The notes beneath the pieces were generated by a model, which did not search any database, was not told the DNA's origin, and was given only the letters and a program-made list of their open reading frames with translations. Shown here piece after piece: positions 28,723-37,990 of a stretch of 64,000 nucleotides of DNA. A program made the translations under genes and the position numbers. Numbering within the stretch: the first letter of the stretch is position 1; the number at the start of each line of letters is the position of its first letter. This stretch comes from Nannocystales bacterium (GTDB lineage: Bacteria > Myxococcota_A > Polyangia > Nannocystales > Nannocystaceae), in the NCBI GenBank assembly GCA_050633305.1, contig JBOEGF010000004.1:384140-448139 (forward strand), written 5' to 3'.

Positions 28723-28891
28723 GGCAAAACCCCAATGAGGACGCGGGTCTTACCTCAGAACTGAGGGGACCGCAAGTGAGTAGTGGTCGGCGACCACGCG
28801 TCACACCCAGAACGGGTGTGAGGACGCGCGCGAGTCGCGAAAAGGGATGCCACACCGCCCTGCAAAGCAAAGGGCGGTGTGGAGAACGCAT
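28723..28891 (-). promoter_or_regulatory. Structured infC-rpmI intergenic leader (candidate cis-regulatory RNA)
   Basis: Hairpins CCACACCGCCC/GGGCGGTGTGG (28850-28882), TCACACCC/GGGTGTGA (28801-28821) and CCTCAG/CTGAGG. Confidence 0.45.
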
Positions 28892-29641
28892 TCAGGCGGA
28901 GGATTCCGCCGTGGAGGGAGCGTCGCCCGCAGGAGCCTTGGCCGGAGTCGTCGCGGCGGCCGCGGCCGGTTTGTCGCCCCCTGTGGCGGGAGGAGATCCA
29001 CCGCCGTCGGCCGACGCGGGCGCTGAAGCAGCCGCCGGCTTGTCGGACCCCGGTGCGGCCGGAGCTTTGGCGCGCTTGGGAGCTTGTTGCTGGGCATCTT
29101 TGCGAGGCGCCAACACCATGTTCATCCGGTTGCCTTCCATCGAGGGGGTCTGGATGACCTGCGCGATGTCGGCACACGTCTCGACGACACGATCGAGGAC
29201 ATGTCGACCGGTCTCGGGGTGTGTCACTTCGCGGCCGCGAAACTGAACGACCAACTTCACCTTGTCGCCGTCGCCGAGGAATCGGCGGCAGTGCCGAACT
29301 TTGAAATCGAAGTCGTGCCCGTGGGTCTTGGGCCTGAACTTGATCTCCTTGAGTTCGGAGATGACCTGGTGCTTCTTGGCTTCACGCTCCCGCTTGGCGG
29401 TCTCGTACTTGAACTTGCCGTAGTCCATCACCTTGCACACCGGAGGGTTCGCCTTGGGGTTCACCTCCACGAGTTGCAAGCTGTGTTCGTTGGCCAAATC
29501 CAACGCGTCACGCGTATCCATGATGCCTCGCTGTCCGCCTTCGTGATCGATGACGCGGACTTCACGGGCACGAATGCGTCTACCGACCCGATGTTTTTCG
29601 GTCGGACGTGGCGGACGCTTCGAACTTCTTCTTCTGCCTAT
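28892..29641 (-). CDS. infC: Translation initiation factor IF-3 with ATA start codon and Ala/Pro-rich C-terminal extension
   Basis: The frame is open 40 codons upstream of the track start and encodes RIRAREVRVID; AAGGAG SD precedes ATA at 29641; PPVCKVMDYGKFKYE, KEIKFRP, FRGRE. Confidence 0.93.
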   Translation of the reverse strand: MGRRRSSKRPPRPTEKHRVGRRIRAREVRVIDHEGGQRGIMDTRDALDLANEHSLQLVEVNPKANPPVCKVMDYGKFKYETAKREREAKKHQVISELKEIKFRPKTHGHDFDFKVRHCRRFLGDGDKVKLVVQFRGREVTHPETGRHVLDRVVETCADIAQVIQTPSMEGNRMNMVLAPRKDAQQQAPKRAKAPAAPGSDKPAAASAPASADGGGSPPATGGDKPAAAAATTPAKAPAGDAPSTAESSA

Positions 29642-29798
29642 GACTCTTGCTCCTTCAAGGGATGGGTCGGGCTCCCAGCTCCGCGATTAAGCCGAGGGGG
29701 ACGACGCGAGGGCCGCCCGCGGGCGCCAGACCGCCGCAAGAGTGTGGCTTGCACGCGGTCGCGTCAAGCATTCCCAACAGAACTTTCTCAACAAGGGG

Positions 29799-29827
29799 TT
29801 GACCGCAGCTTCAGGACGCGCTAAGAC
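29799..29827 (+). promoter_or_regulatory. Putative sigma70-type promoter of tRNA-Val
   Basis: TTGACC-17 nt-TAAGAC followed by GC-rich sequence, about 30 nt before the tRNA. Confidence 0.5.
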
Positions 29828-29856
29828 GCGCTCCCCCAGCACAGGGGAGCACATAC

Positions 29857-29928
29857 AGGGCTGTAGCTCAGGGGTAGAGCGCTACCTTGACATGGTAGAA
29901 GTCGGCGGTTCGAAGCCGCCCAGCCCTA
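29857..29928 (+). tRNA. tRNA-Val(GAC)
   Basis: AGGGCTG/CAGCCCT acceptor stem, anticodon arm CTACC-TTGACAT-GGTAG, GGCGGTTCGAAGCCGCC T-arm; CCA not encoded. Confidence 0.96.
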
Positions 29929-29935
29929 CAACCTC

Positions 29936-29978
29936 AAAGCCCCCGATTCGGTCATCCGAGTCGGGGGCTTCGTTGTTC
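29936..29978 (+). terminator. Terminator-like hairpin after tRNA-Val
   Basis: AAGCCCCCGATTCGG-TCAT-CCGAGTCGGGGGCTT followed by CGTTGTT. Confidence 0.7.
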
Positions 29979-30048
29979 TCGCTGTGCGCAAAACGCCCGC
30001 CCTCGTCCCCGGCCTGGGCCGAGGTCGGCTGAGGGGCCCCGAGAAGCC

Positions 30049-31887
30049 TCAGGCGACCGAATCGCGACGCGACCGTCCGGGAAGGTCTGCGCCCTCATAG
30101 AGCCCCTCCAGCGCATCCCGGTAGCGCTCCACCACGGTCGCACGCCGCACTTTCCGCGTCGGCGTGAGTTCGCCGGCCTCCAAGGAGAGTGGCTCCGGTG
30201 CGATGTGAACCCGCTTGATCGTCTCGTAGCGGGCGACCGAGGCGTTGACCGTGTCGACGTGCTCTTGGACGAGCTGCCGCACACGCGGATGCGCGGCGAG
30301 ATCTTCGTAGGTTCGGCACCCCAACCCCTCGCGCTCGGACAGCGCGAGCAGCGTGGGGGCATCCAGCGCAACCAGGGCCACCACGTAGGGCTTGCCCTCG
30401 CCGTAGACCAGCACATGGCCGATCCCCTCTCCGACCCGAAGGCGGCCCTCCAGCATTCGCGGCGCGATGTATTTGCCGCTGCCGGTCTTGAACAGGTCCT
30501 TCTTGCGCTCCGTGATCCGCAAGAACCCGTCCTGCAGCTCCCCCACGTCGCCGGTCTTGAACCATCCCTCGGCGTCGAACGCCTCGGCTGTGCTCTGCGG
30601 GTCGCCGTGGTAACGGGCCATCACGTTGTGGCCCCGGACCAAAACCTCTCCATCCTGCGCGATGCGCACTTCGCAACCGGGCATCGAGGGGCCCACGGTC
30701 CCGAACCGGAAGCGATCGGGACGGTTGACGTTGGTGGCCCCGGTGGTCTCGCTGAGGCCGTATCCTTCGAGGATCAGCATCCCACAGGCGTGGAAAAACT
30801 CCGCGATCTCCTGGTTGAGCGCCGCGCCACCGCAGACGAAGAAGCGCAGCCGCCCACCAAACATCTGTTTGACCCGGCTGAAGAACAGCTTGTCGGCAAC
30901 CGCCGCCCGCAGCTGCAACGAGGCGGGCGGCTCTTGCCCGCGCTGGCGGTAGGCCGAAACCCGCCGCCCGACCTCCATGCTCAGGTCGAAGCCGCGCTGC
31001 ACGACCACCGAGCGCCCCACGATCTCGCGCATCACGCGTGCGTAGGCTTTCTCGTACATTCTCGGGACCGCGCCCATGAACGTCGGTGCGACCTCCAGCA
31101 GATTGGCGGCCAACTGGGCCTCTCCCTCCCCAACGGCGGTAACCGCGCCTTGTTCGACTGCTCCCCAGACGAGGTGACGGGCGAAGATGTGGGCGAGCGG
31201 GAGGACGAGAAGCTGCTCGTCGGTCCCGTCCACGGGGACCACGTTCTTGATCGCCCATGCCTCGTACACGAGGTTGCGATGGGTGAGCACCACCCCCTTG
31301 GGGACACCGGTCGTTCCCGACGTATAGACGTGGGTCGCGGTGTCCTCGAGCCCGAGAACCTCGGCTCGGGCTCGGTGAGAGAGGTCTCGGTCGATCTCCG
31401 GTCGCTCCAACGCCTCCCGCCCTGCGACTCGAAGCGCGCGCCACGACCGCTCCTCATCCCCCTCGAAGAGGACGACGTTCAAGTCCGAGTCCGTGGGCAC
31501 GCGACGGCTCGAATCCGCCAATAGGACCGCACAGCCCGAGTCTTCGAGGATATAGCGGACGTTGTCCTCCGTCAGGCTCGGGTAGATCGGGACCGAGATC
31601 GCACCCGCCATGGCGACGGCGAGATCGGCGATGATCCACTCCACCCGGGTGGGGGAACAGATCGCGACAGCGTCGCCGGCCCGAAGGCCGAACCTCGTGA
31701 CGAGCCCTGCGGCCACCTCCCGCGCGGCGTCCCACCACTGGGTCCAAGTCAGCGTTTGCCAGGTGGACGCCTGCTTGTGGCGAAGCGCGGGGGCGTGGGG
31801 TGTCCGTCGCACTCTCGCGGCGAAGAGCTGGACGAGGTTGGGATAGTTGAGGCCCTCTGCGGGGCGCGGCTCGAACGCGGTGCTCAT
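30049..31887 (-). CDS. Long-chain fatty acid--CoA ligase (AMP-dependent synthetase)
   Basis: YTSGTTGVPKGV, LPLAHIF, EGYGLSET, GWFKTGDVG, RKKDLFKTGSGKYIAP, LTPTRKVRR; start at ATG 31887. Confidence 0.93.
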   Translation of the reverse strand: MSTAFEPRPAEGLNYPNLVQLFAARVRRTPHAPALRHKQASTWQTLTWTQWWDAAREVAAGLVTRFGLRAGDAVAICSPTRVEWIIADLAVAMAGAISVPIYPSLTEDNVRYILEDSGCAVLLADSSRRVPTDSDLNVVLFEGDEERSWRALRVAGREALERPEIDRDLSHRARAEVLGLEDTATHVYTSGTTGVPKGVVLTHRNLVYEAWAIKNVVPVDGTDEQLLVLPLAHIFARHLVWGAVEQGAVTAVGEGEAQLAANLLEVAPTFMGAVPRMYEKAYARVMREIVGRSVVVQRGFDLSMEVGRRVSAYRQRGQEPPASLQLRAAVADKLFFSRVKQMFGGRLRFFVCGGAALNQEIAEFFHACGMLILEGYGLSETTGATNVNRPDRFRFGTVGPSMPGCEVRIAQDGEVLVRGHNVMARYHGDPQSTAEAFDAEGWFKTGDVGELQDGFLRITERKKDLFKTGSGKYIAPRMLEGRLRVGEGIGHVLVYGEGKPYVVALVALDAPTLLALSEREGLGCRTYEDLAAHPRVRQLVQEHVDTVNASVARYETIKRVHIAPEPLSLEAGELTPTRKVRRATVVERYRDALEGLYEGADLPGRSRRDSVA

Positions 31888-32165
31888 GCAAAGACGGGCG
31901 GAGAACGTCCTCCGGGGCCTCGCTCTTACCACACGCGGCCAGGCGGGGACCTGCGCGGGCAGCACGGGTTCCACCACTTGGGGGTGGCGACGCAAGCACA
32001 GGTCGGGAGTACACTGCCGTGGCCTTCGGACGCGGACCGCCAGGCACCCATTTTCCTCGACGACATTAGGATCGGTCGAGGCCTTGCTACGTTCACACGC
32101 TGACCTCGCCGCCATCCTGACTGCAGGGCGCGGCGACCCACCTGTCTCGCAGGAGACCTCCCTCC

Positions 32166-34124
32166 GTGCCGTCCCTCGCCGGAACCAAAATCGACAAGTA
32201 CCGGATCGTCGAAGAGGTCGGTCACGGCGGCATGGCGGTGGTCTACCGGGGCCACGACACGGTGTTGGAGCGCGAGGTCGCGGTGAAGGTGCTCCATGCC
32301 CACCTCGCCGACCGCGAGGAGTCGCGCGCTCGCCTGCAGCGTGAGGCGCTGGCCGTCGCGAAACTGCGCCACGACAACATCCTCGAGATCTTCGACTACT
32401 CCGGCGGCACCGATGCCGAGAGCTACATCGTCACCGAGTTCATTCACGGACCGACGATGCGGGAGTGGATCGACGACAAACTCGATCCACGGCCCACGGT
32501 GGCTGCGATGATCGTCCACCGGCTCTGCCTTGCGCTGCAGGAGGCGCACCGGGTCGGCATTGTGCACCGGGACATCAAGCCCGAGAACGTGATGGTCCGC
32601 GATGGAGACGGCGCGCTGAAGCTGATGGACTTCGGCATCGCGCAGATCCTCGACGACGAGAAGCTCACCCTCACCGGGCAACTCATCGGGTCGCCGGCCT
32701 ACATGGCACCGGAGCTGATCTCCGGCCGACCGCTGGACCAGCGCACCGACCTGTTTTCGCTGGGCATCCTGCTCTACCAGCTCGCCACCGGCACGCTCCC
32801 CTTCTCGGGCCGCAATCCGCACGAGGTCCTCAACCGCATCGCGGACGGAGACTTTCCACCGCCGTCCTCGATCTGCCCGCTCGTCGACCGAGACCTCGAG
32901 GCGATCATCGAGGTCTCCCTCGCGACGTCCCCCGACGAGCGCTACCAAAGCGCGGAGACCTTCGCCAAGGAGCTGGAACGGTACCTCGAAGAAACCGGTG
33001 TCTCGCCCACGCCCGCCGAACTCAAGGCCTACTTCAACGACCCGACGACCTACGTCTGCGAGCTCGACGAGCGGGTCGCAAAGACGCTGATGGACCGTGC
33101 CGCGGTTGCTTCTCAACAAGGGCACACCGCACGCGCCGTCGCCCTGCTCGGCCGAGTGCTCGAGATCGACAACGCGCACAGCGGCGCGCGTGCGTTGCTG
33201 GACAAGGTCCGCCGCCGGGAGCGTCGCTTGCGGCACATGCTGTTGGCGGCCGGGGCGCTGGCCCTCACCGGATTGATCGCCGCCGGCGTGATGCTGGTGC
33301 CCGAGGCGACCATGCCGGGGCAGGTCGCGGCCGCCGCGTCCGACTCCTCCGCCGCGGCCCGCGGCAAGGCGGACCCCACCGAGCGATCCTCCAACTCCGG
33401 GGCCGACCCGAGCACTGAACTACTGGCTACGCTGCCCTCCTCCGACCCGAGCGAGACCTCGGTCTCCCCTGCGGCGGAGCGCGACGAGGACGCAGTGGCT
33501 CCGCCCCAACCGGCCACGGCCGGAGACCCCCCGGCGTCCGACACTGCATCGGCCGCGCCGACCCCTGCCGACGTTCAGCCGGTTGCGGTCCGCCCTCCCC
33601 CGGGCCGTCGACCCAAGCGGACCAACCCCGCGCCGAGCGGGCCGCAGCCGTTTTCCTGCAAAGTGCAGCTCACGAATATCCCGTTCAGCACGGCACGCAA
33701 TCACAAGCTGCAGGTCGGCAACCGGGAGACCCTGGCGATCGACGCGCGGACGATCCCACTCAAGCTCGAGCGGGAGACGACGGTCGGGCTGACCGGCGGG
33801 AACTGGCGGGGGACGCTCCGGCTGACCCCCGAGCTCTGCGCCAAAGGCACCGTCAATCTCCCGGCCCAACCCCGGCCGGCCAAGGTGAGCATCTCCGGCG
33901 TCCCGCCCAAGACGGTCATCAAATGCATGAAGGGATGTGCAGGCGACGACATCGGGGCCAACCAGGCCACCGACAAAGTGCTACGACCGATCCCCCTGGA
34001 TGGGAGTGGCTCCCAGCGGGTCGTGTTCAAACTTCAGGCCGAGGGCTATCGACCCAAGCGCGTCGAGCGGACCGTCCACGCCGGAGCACAGACGCTCCAG
34101 ATCAAGCTCGAGCGCCGGGAGTAG
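32166..34124 (+). CDS. Membrane Ser/Thr protein kinase with Pro-rich linker and PEGA-like C-terminal domain
   Basis: VGHGGMAVVY, VAVK, HRDIKPEN, DFG, GSPAYMAPE; TPR-like helix pair, TM MLLAAGALALTGLIAAGVMLV; C-terminus AEGYRPKRVERTV. Confidence 0.93.
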   Translation: MPSLAGTKIDKYRIVEEVGHGGMAVVYRGHDTVLEREVAVKVLHAHLADREESRARLQREALAVAKLRHDNILEIFDYSGGTDAESYIVTEFIHGPTMREWIDDKLDPRPTVAAMIVHRLCLALQEAHRVGIVHRDIKPENVMVRDGDGALKLMDFGIAQILDDEKLTLTGQLIGSPAYMAPELISGRPLDQRTDLFSLGILLYQLATGTLPFSGRNPHEVLNRIADGDFPPPSSICPLVDRDLEAIIEVSLATSPDERYQSAETFAKELERYLEETGVSPTPAELKAYFNDPTTYVCELDERVAKTLMDRAAVASQQGHTARAVALLGRVLEIDNAHSGARALLDKVRRRERRLRHMLLAAGALALTGLIAAGVMLVPEATMPGQVAAAASDSSAAARGKADPTERSSNSGADPSTELLATLPSSDPSETSVSPAAERDEDAVAPPQPATAGDPPASDTASAAPTPADVQPVAVRPPPGRRPKRTNPAPSGPQPFSCKVQLTNIPFSTARNHKLQVGNRETLAIDARTIPLKLERETTVGLTGGNWRGTLRLTPELCAKGTVNLPAQPRPAKVSISGVPPKTVIKCMKGCAGDDIGANQATDKVLRPIPLDGSGSQRVVFKLQAEGYRPKRVERTVHAGAQTLQIKLERRE

Positions 34125-34172
34125 GCTCGCCATCCACGCCAAGGGTGGGATACTCTCCGCCCAGAAGCAGGA

Positions 34173-35282
34173 ATGCTGGCGTTGGTTCAGAGTCTGGCTG
34201 CGGTGATCGTGGCGGCGTCGTTGACGGTTGCTCCGGCGGTTCCCGAGGTGGATGCACCTGCGCCGCCCACCGATTCGGGTGACGCGTCTGGATCCCCCGA
34301 CCCGTCGGGGCGCTCCACGGAGCCTTCCACGGAGAGCGTCGAAGAGGCCTCGAACGCACCCGACCGAGACGGTGCGATCGTTGCGGCCGAGGAAGCCTGG
34401 AACCGCGGAGACTATCTGGAAGTCCGAGGACTGCTCGAACCGATCGCGGACAACGATCCCCTCGATGACCGAGTCGAGCGCGAGAAGGTGCTCGTGTTGC
34501 TCGCTGACGCGACACTCTCGGACTCGACACTGCCCAGCGACGAGCGACAGGTTCGGGTCACCGGGCATCTGTCTCGATTGATGGACAACAACCCACAGTG
34601 GCGACTGCCCCGGAAGGTCTACTCCCCCGAGCTGTACGATCTGTACCTCGACGTCCGTGAGCGACGCCTGGCCAATGCCGGTTCCCAGTGCGAGGCCGAC
34701 AAGCTCGCATGTGAAGCCGACGCCGACGCCGTGGGAGCCGAACTCACCGACACGCAGCGTGACCTCGATCTCTTGCAGGAGCAGTACGACTCCCAAGAGG
34801 TGAGGATCGGCGAGAAACGCTCGCGGGCTCTGGCGCTTATCCCGCTGGGGATCAGTCATTTCTTCAATGGGGACCGCGCCATCGGCGCAACGTTCCTCGC
34901 AGTCGAGGCGGGCGTCGGCATCGCCGGCATTTCCCTGCTGGCGGTCCGCGCCACGGTCCACGGGTGCGACCGCCAGCGCAACTTCCAATCCGGCTCGCTG
35001 GTTTGCAACCCGCGCGGGAACATCACCGAGAGCGACGTCGTCCGCCGCCGAAAAGCGGAAGAGGCGATGGCGTGGGTCTTCGTCGGAACCGTGGCGTTGG
35101 ACATCCTCATCGCCCAGCTGCGGTTCAAGGAGTTCGAGCTCACCGACAGCGTGCCGCGCTCCGAGTTGGAGGGGTACGAGCAACGCAAGCGTCGGCGCGG
35201 CCGAAGGCCGCGTGCTACCGTCCGACCGACGACCGGAGCCTCCCGCAAAGGGGCGTCGATGGGACTCCGCGTCGACTTTTAG
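34173..35282 (+). CDS. Exported hypothetical protein (helical domain, coiled coil, hydrophobic hairpin, C-terminal Phe strand)
   Basis: Signal peptide; ALALIPLGISHFFNG, FLAVEAGVGIAGISLL, WVFVGTVALDILIA; ends GASMGLRVDF. Confidence 0.75.
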   Translation: MLALVQSLAAVIVAASLTVAPAVPEVDAPAPPTDSGDASGSPDPSGRSTEPSTESVEEASNAPDRDGAIVAAEEAWNRGDYLEVRGLLEPIADNDPLDDRVEREKVLVLLADATLSDSTLPSDERQVRVTGHLSRLMDNNPQWRLPRKVYSPELYDLYLDVRERRLANAGSQCEADKLACEADADAVGAELTDTQRDLDLLQEQYDSQEVRIGEKRSRALALIPLGISHFFNGDRAIGATFLAVEAGVGIAGISLLAVRATVHGCDRQRNFQSGSLVCNPRGNITESDVVRRRKAEEAMAWVFVGTVALDILIAQLRFKEFELTDSVPRSELEGYEQRKRRRGRRPRATVRPTTGASRKGASMGLRVDF

Positions 35283-35333
35283 CCGATTAGAGCTTGATCC
35301 TTACTGCTACGCTGCGACGCCGACTCTGCGCCC

Positions 35334-37169
35334 ATGCCGTATTTCCAGTACTCCCGTGATGGGCAGGTCCAACGCTATGCCATCGTCCGAAACCTTACGA
35401 CGATCGGCTCCGCCACCGAGTCAGACCTGCGCCTCGACACCGCTGATGTTGCCGCGTCTCACTGCACGCTGATTCACGAGCCCGGTCGGTACCGACTCGA
35501 GAGTACTCAGCGCAGCACCCCGTTCTTCGTTCGGGGAAAGAAGATGCGGGCGCACGACGTCAAGCACGGCGACACGATCGCCGTGGGCAACGTGGAGCTG
35601 GTGTTCTCCGCGGTGGACGCAGCCCCCCTGCCCGCCGAGGAGAAACCCGATGACAACCGCGGCGTAGAGCTCGCTCGGGAGGCGATGAGCCAGCTGCTTC
35701 AGTTCTCGGAGCTGCTGCTCAAGCCCGAGAACGCACTCGATGCGATCTTGTCGGAGCTGATCGACTCCGTCGTTGCCATGACCCGGGCCAACAAGGGCTT
35801 CTTGGTGTTGGCCACCGCAGGCGAGGACAACTACGAGGTCCGTGTCGCTCGCAACCTGGAGCGACAACCCGTCGATTCCCCCAGTGAACTGCTCTCGGAC
35901 AACATCATCCGGGAGGTCATCACGACCAGCAAGGCGCAGATCATCTCCGACGCCTTCGTCGATGAGCGTTACCAAAACAGCCTCTCCGTCATCAACCTCA
36001 AGCTCAGCTCGGTGATGTGCGTGCCGCTGATGGTGCGTGGCGAGATGCTCGGGCTGATCTACGTCGGCAACGATTCGGTCCGAAACCTCTTCCGCCCCGA
36101 CCAGCTCGAGACCCTCAAAATCTTCGCGTCCCAGGCCGCGCTCATCCTCAAGAACGCGCAGGTCTTGGGCGAGCTTCGCCAAGAGAGTGAGCAACTCGCC
36201 CAGAAGCTCGAAGACGTGAAGTTCGGACAGATCATCGGCGGATGCCCGCAGATGATCGAGGTCTACAACCGCGTGGAGAAGGTCGCCTCCACCGACATCA
36301 CCGTCCTGATCAGTGGCGAGACGGGCACCGGGAAGGAACTCATCGCGAAGGAGATCCACAACCGGTCTCCCCGTGCCGACCAACCCTTCATCACGGTCAA
36401 CTGTGGCGCCATTCCGGAGAACCTGATCGAGTCGGAGCTGTTCGGCCACATCAAGGGCGCATTCACGGGTGCGATCGCCAACCAGGCGGGCAAGTTTCTC
36501 TCCGCGGCGGGCGGCACCATCTTCCTCGACGAGATCGGAGAGCTGCCGCTCCAGCTTCAGGTCAAACTGCTGCGTGTCCTGCAGGAAAAGCAGGTCCAGC
36601 GGGTCGGCGAGGCGAAGACGACCCCGGTCGATGTTCGAGTCGTCGCGGCCACCAACCGCGACCTCACCGAGGAGGTCAAGGGCGGCCGGTTCCGTGAAGA
36701 CCTCTTCTTCCGCCTCAACGTCATCGGTGTCGCCCTGCCACCGCTTCGAGCACGAGGCGACGATGTCCTGCTCATCGCGCGCTACCTGCTGGGCCGCTAC
36801 GGCACCCAGTACGGCAAGGACGTCGACCCGAACTCCGCATTCTCCCCGTCCGCGGTCCGCTCGATGATGAAGTTCTCCTGGCCGGGCAACATCCGCCAGC
36901 TCGAGAACCACCTGAAGAAGGCCTTGGTCCTCGCCGACGGCCCGCAGATCACCGCCAAGGATCTCGACCTCGATGTGCTCGAGGGCTCGAGTACCGAGGA
37001 GGACGTGACGCTGCCCCTGGCCGAAGCCCGGGAGAATTGGCAACGCGAGTACATCAACCGCGTGTTGGCACTCAACGGCGGCAACCGGACGAAGACCGCC
37101 CGCGATCTGGGCGTCGACCCGCGGACCATCTTCCGGCACCTCGAGAAGTCGGAGAAGCGGCCGGGATGA
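35334..37169 (+). CDS. FHA-GAF sigma54-dependent enhancer-binding protein
   Basis: FHA-like N-terminus (TIGS, VAASHC), GAF (SVMCVPL, GLIYV), [42 protein letters not shown], Fis-type HTH. Confidence 0.95.
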   Translation: MPYFQYSRDGQVQRYAIVRNLTTIGSATESDLRLDTADVAASHCTLIHEPGRYRLESTQRSTPFFVRGKKMRAHDVKHGDTIAVGNVELVFSAVDAAPLPAEEKPDDNRGVELAREAMSQLLQFSELLLKPENALDAILSELIDSVVAMTRANKGFLVLATAGEDNYEVRVARNLERQPVDSPSELLSDNIIREVITTSKAQIISDAFVDERYQNSLSVINLKLSSVMCVPLMVRGEMLGLIYVGNDSVRNLFRPDQLETLKIFASQAALILKNAQVLGELRQESEQLAQKLEDVKFGQIIGGCPQMIEVYNRVEKVASTDITVLISGETGTGKELIAKEIHNRSPRADQPFITVNCGAIPENLIESELFGHIKGAFTGAIANQAGKFLSAAGGTIFLDEIGELPLQLQVKLLRVLQEKQVQRVGEAKTTPVDVRVVAATNRDLTEEVKGGRFREDLFFRLNVIGVALPPLRARGDDVLLIARYLLGRYGTQYGKDVDPNSAFSPSAVRSMMKFSWPGNIRQLENHLKKALVLADGPQITAKDLDLDVLEGSSTEEDVTLPLAEARENWQREYINRVLALNGGNRTKTARDLGVDPRTIFRHLEKSEKRPG

Positions 37170-37990
37170 ACCCCGCGCGCGCAGGGCTGCTCGCCACGCT
37201 CGCGCTCGGCAGCGCGTGCATCATTCCCGACACCAACATCAACGTGCAGCCGAACCGGAACAACCCCGGTGCGGTCCGCATCGTCCAGGCAGTCGCGTTG
37301 TCGACTCAAGCGAACGAGGCGTGTGCGGACGAGCCCGGGTTTGAGGTCTGCCCGGTGCCGCCCGACACGGTCGTGCCCGGTCTCATCGAGATCGAGAACC
37401 AGGCGTTTTGCGCCTGCGAAGGCGGTGCACGCGACGCCAACGCCCTGGGCGGGTTTGGGATCTTCGTCGAGGATCCGGACGTCGATGACGACGGCGTCCC
37501 CCGAGACACACTGATCGGCGCGTTCCTCCTCGACGTCGATCCGGACGCTGGGTCCCTTTCGCAATTCGTCGCGTACACCAACTACTTCCCGACCAGCGGT
37601 TCCGCGGAGCGCATCCCAGCGGGCGCCTACGAGCAGCCTATCGAGCGACCCGCGAGCAACCTCCAGGAGTGGACGCTCGGCCTCGAGACGACGGTCGACC
37701 TCTGCAACGACAACAACGGGACCCCCCTGTCGGCGGGTTTGCACAGCCTTCGCCTGATCGTCACCGATCGTCCGTGGCCCTATCCTGTCCGCGTCGACGA
37801 GGACGGACTCCCGATGCGTATAGGACGGGACGGGCCTTTCCTCCGCGACGAAACGGCAGACGAACTCGTGGGCGTGCCGGACACCCCCGCAGGTGCGAGC
37901 TATGACGTCGTGGACTTCGTGTTCCGGTGCCTGGATGAAAGCTCCGACGAAGGCATGAACGCCTGCAGCTGTGAGGAGGTCGAGGGATGA
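37166..37990 (+). CDS. Cys-rich lipoprotein, paralog A
   Basis: ATGA overlap with the activator stop; LGSAC lipobox; colinear motifs shared with the next gene. Confidence 0.8.
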   Translation: MNPARAGLLATLALGSACIIPDTNINVQPNRNNPGAVRIVQAVALSTQANEACADEPGFEVCPVPPDTVVPGLIEIENQAFCACEGGARDANALGGFGIFVEDPDVDDDGVPRDTLIGAFLLDVDPDAGSLSQFVAYTNYFPTSGSAERIPAGAYEQPIERPASNLQEWTLGLETTVDLCNDNNGTPLSAGLHSLRLIVTDRPWPYPVRVDEDGLPMRIGRDGPFLRDETADELVGVPDTPAGASYDVVDFVFRCLDESSDEGMNACSCEEVEG

